From Phoronis australis (Eukaryota; Animalia; Phoronida): a stretch of DNA of 64,000 bases. Positions 63,291 to 64,000 of this stretch are shown one piece after another (within the stretch, counting starts at the first letter, position 1; every line of letters begins with the position of its first letter). The position numbers and the translations under genes are program-made. Below the pieces are notes generated by a model, which made no database searches, was not told the DNA's origin, and saw only the letters and a list, made by a program, of their open reading frames with translations. The stretch lies in the NCBI GenBank assembly GCA_002633005.1, contig NMRA01000223.1, positions 531,664 through 595,663 on the forward strand. The letters are read 5' to 3'.

Positions 63291-64000
63291 TCAAAAAGTT
63301 TCTATAGAATGAATTCTTGTGAATTTTGGATTAATAACGTTGGCTGCCCTCTTCATCTTGCCCACATTTAACAACATTGTTCTGAATGTTCAAATACACC
63401 AGGCGACGTGGGCTCTTCTTTAAAAAGCAACCACGACGTTCTCTGTATGACCGTCTCTGACTGCCAGTTCGTCACGTGTAAAACTCTTAAAGTACCTGGA
63501 GTACAGTTTTAATTAGCACTCATTATGTAATTTTTGCCTGTATGTAGCACTCAAGCATGATGACAATTTAATTACCAACCACGTAAGTTACGTTCATGTA
63601 TGAGTCGTAAGATTCAAAACAAGCTTGTAGCTGATCACACTTCCTTGCCCAAGGAGATGTAAAAGAGTCTTCTGTGGTGTAGGAAACTCTTGCTCCTCGT
63701 AGTTAGGAACACATTTCAGATTCTTTGTCCAGTAACGACTCTTTGCTTCTGAATGTATGCTGCTTATTCCCTTAGTAATACGTTTTTTTTACTTCTGAGT
63801 GTGCTCAATGTTCTTCATGAGACATTGGCTGTGAATGAGCTCACCGTGATATCACACGCGTATTGCTTCTGATTGAGCCCACCGATTAACGATACATTGC
63901 TCCTGCACGGTATCATTGAGTCGTAACGATTAGATTTAATCGTACTCTGTGTTTCCTCGTCGTTCCTAAGCCGGCCATTGGTATGCACTGTAGCGTGAGA

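Overview
Eukaryotic, AT-rich genomic DNA that looks like an invertebrate animal (species not determinable). It has spliceosomal GT-AG introns, many small transposon relics, and single-N breaks, mostly at poly-G/C runs. Recognisable genes: the last five coding exons of TAF6 (+, 20-3867) and a convergent, completely intronless HACD3/PTPLAD1 (-, 6723-7826). I hand-assembled a phase-consistent 9-exon orphan gene (+, 13504-20307, about 466 aa) that the ORF track shows only in fragments: very Arg/Lys/Ser-rich, N-terminal MGxxxS myristoylation motif, a perfect CRE and a tiny uORF upstream. Mobile DNA includes an ORF1-only LINE derivative with fold-back tandem repeats where ORF2 should be (about 9.6-11.5 kb), two Kolobok-like TTAA elements with THAP remnants, a CAG-ended MITE family with 5-bp TSDs, a Merlin-like hairpin MITE, a tRNA-derived head, and a Penelope-like GIY-YIG remnant with a hammerhead ribozyme core. 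From about 20.4 kb to the end I find no confident protein gene; that part has a probably artefactual 1.15-kb duplication and a degenerate ~60-bp tandem array. No prokaryotic systems (CRISPR etc.) are present. All calls are by eye; no searches were run.
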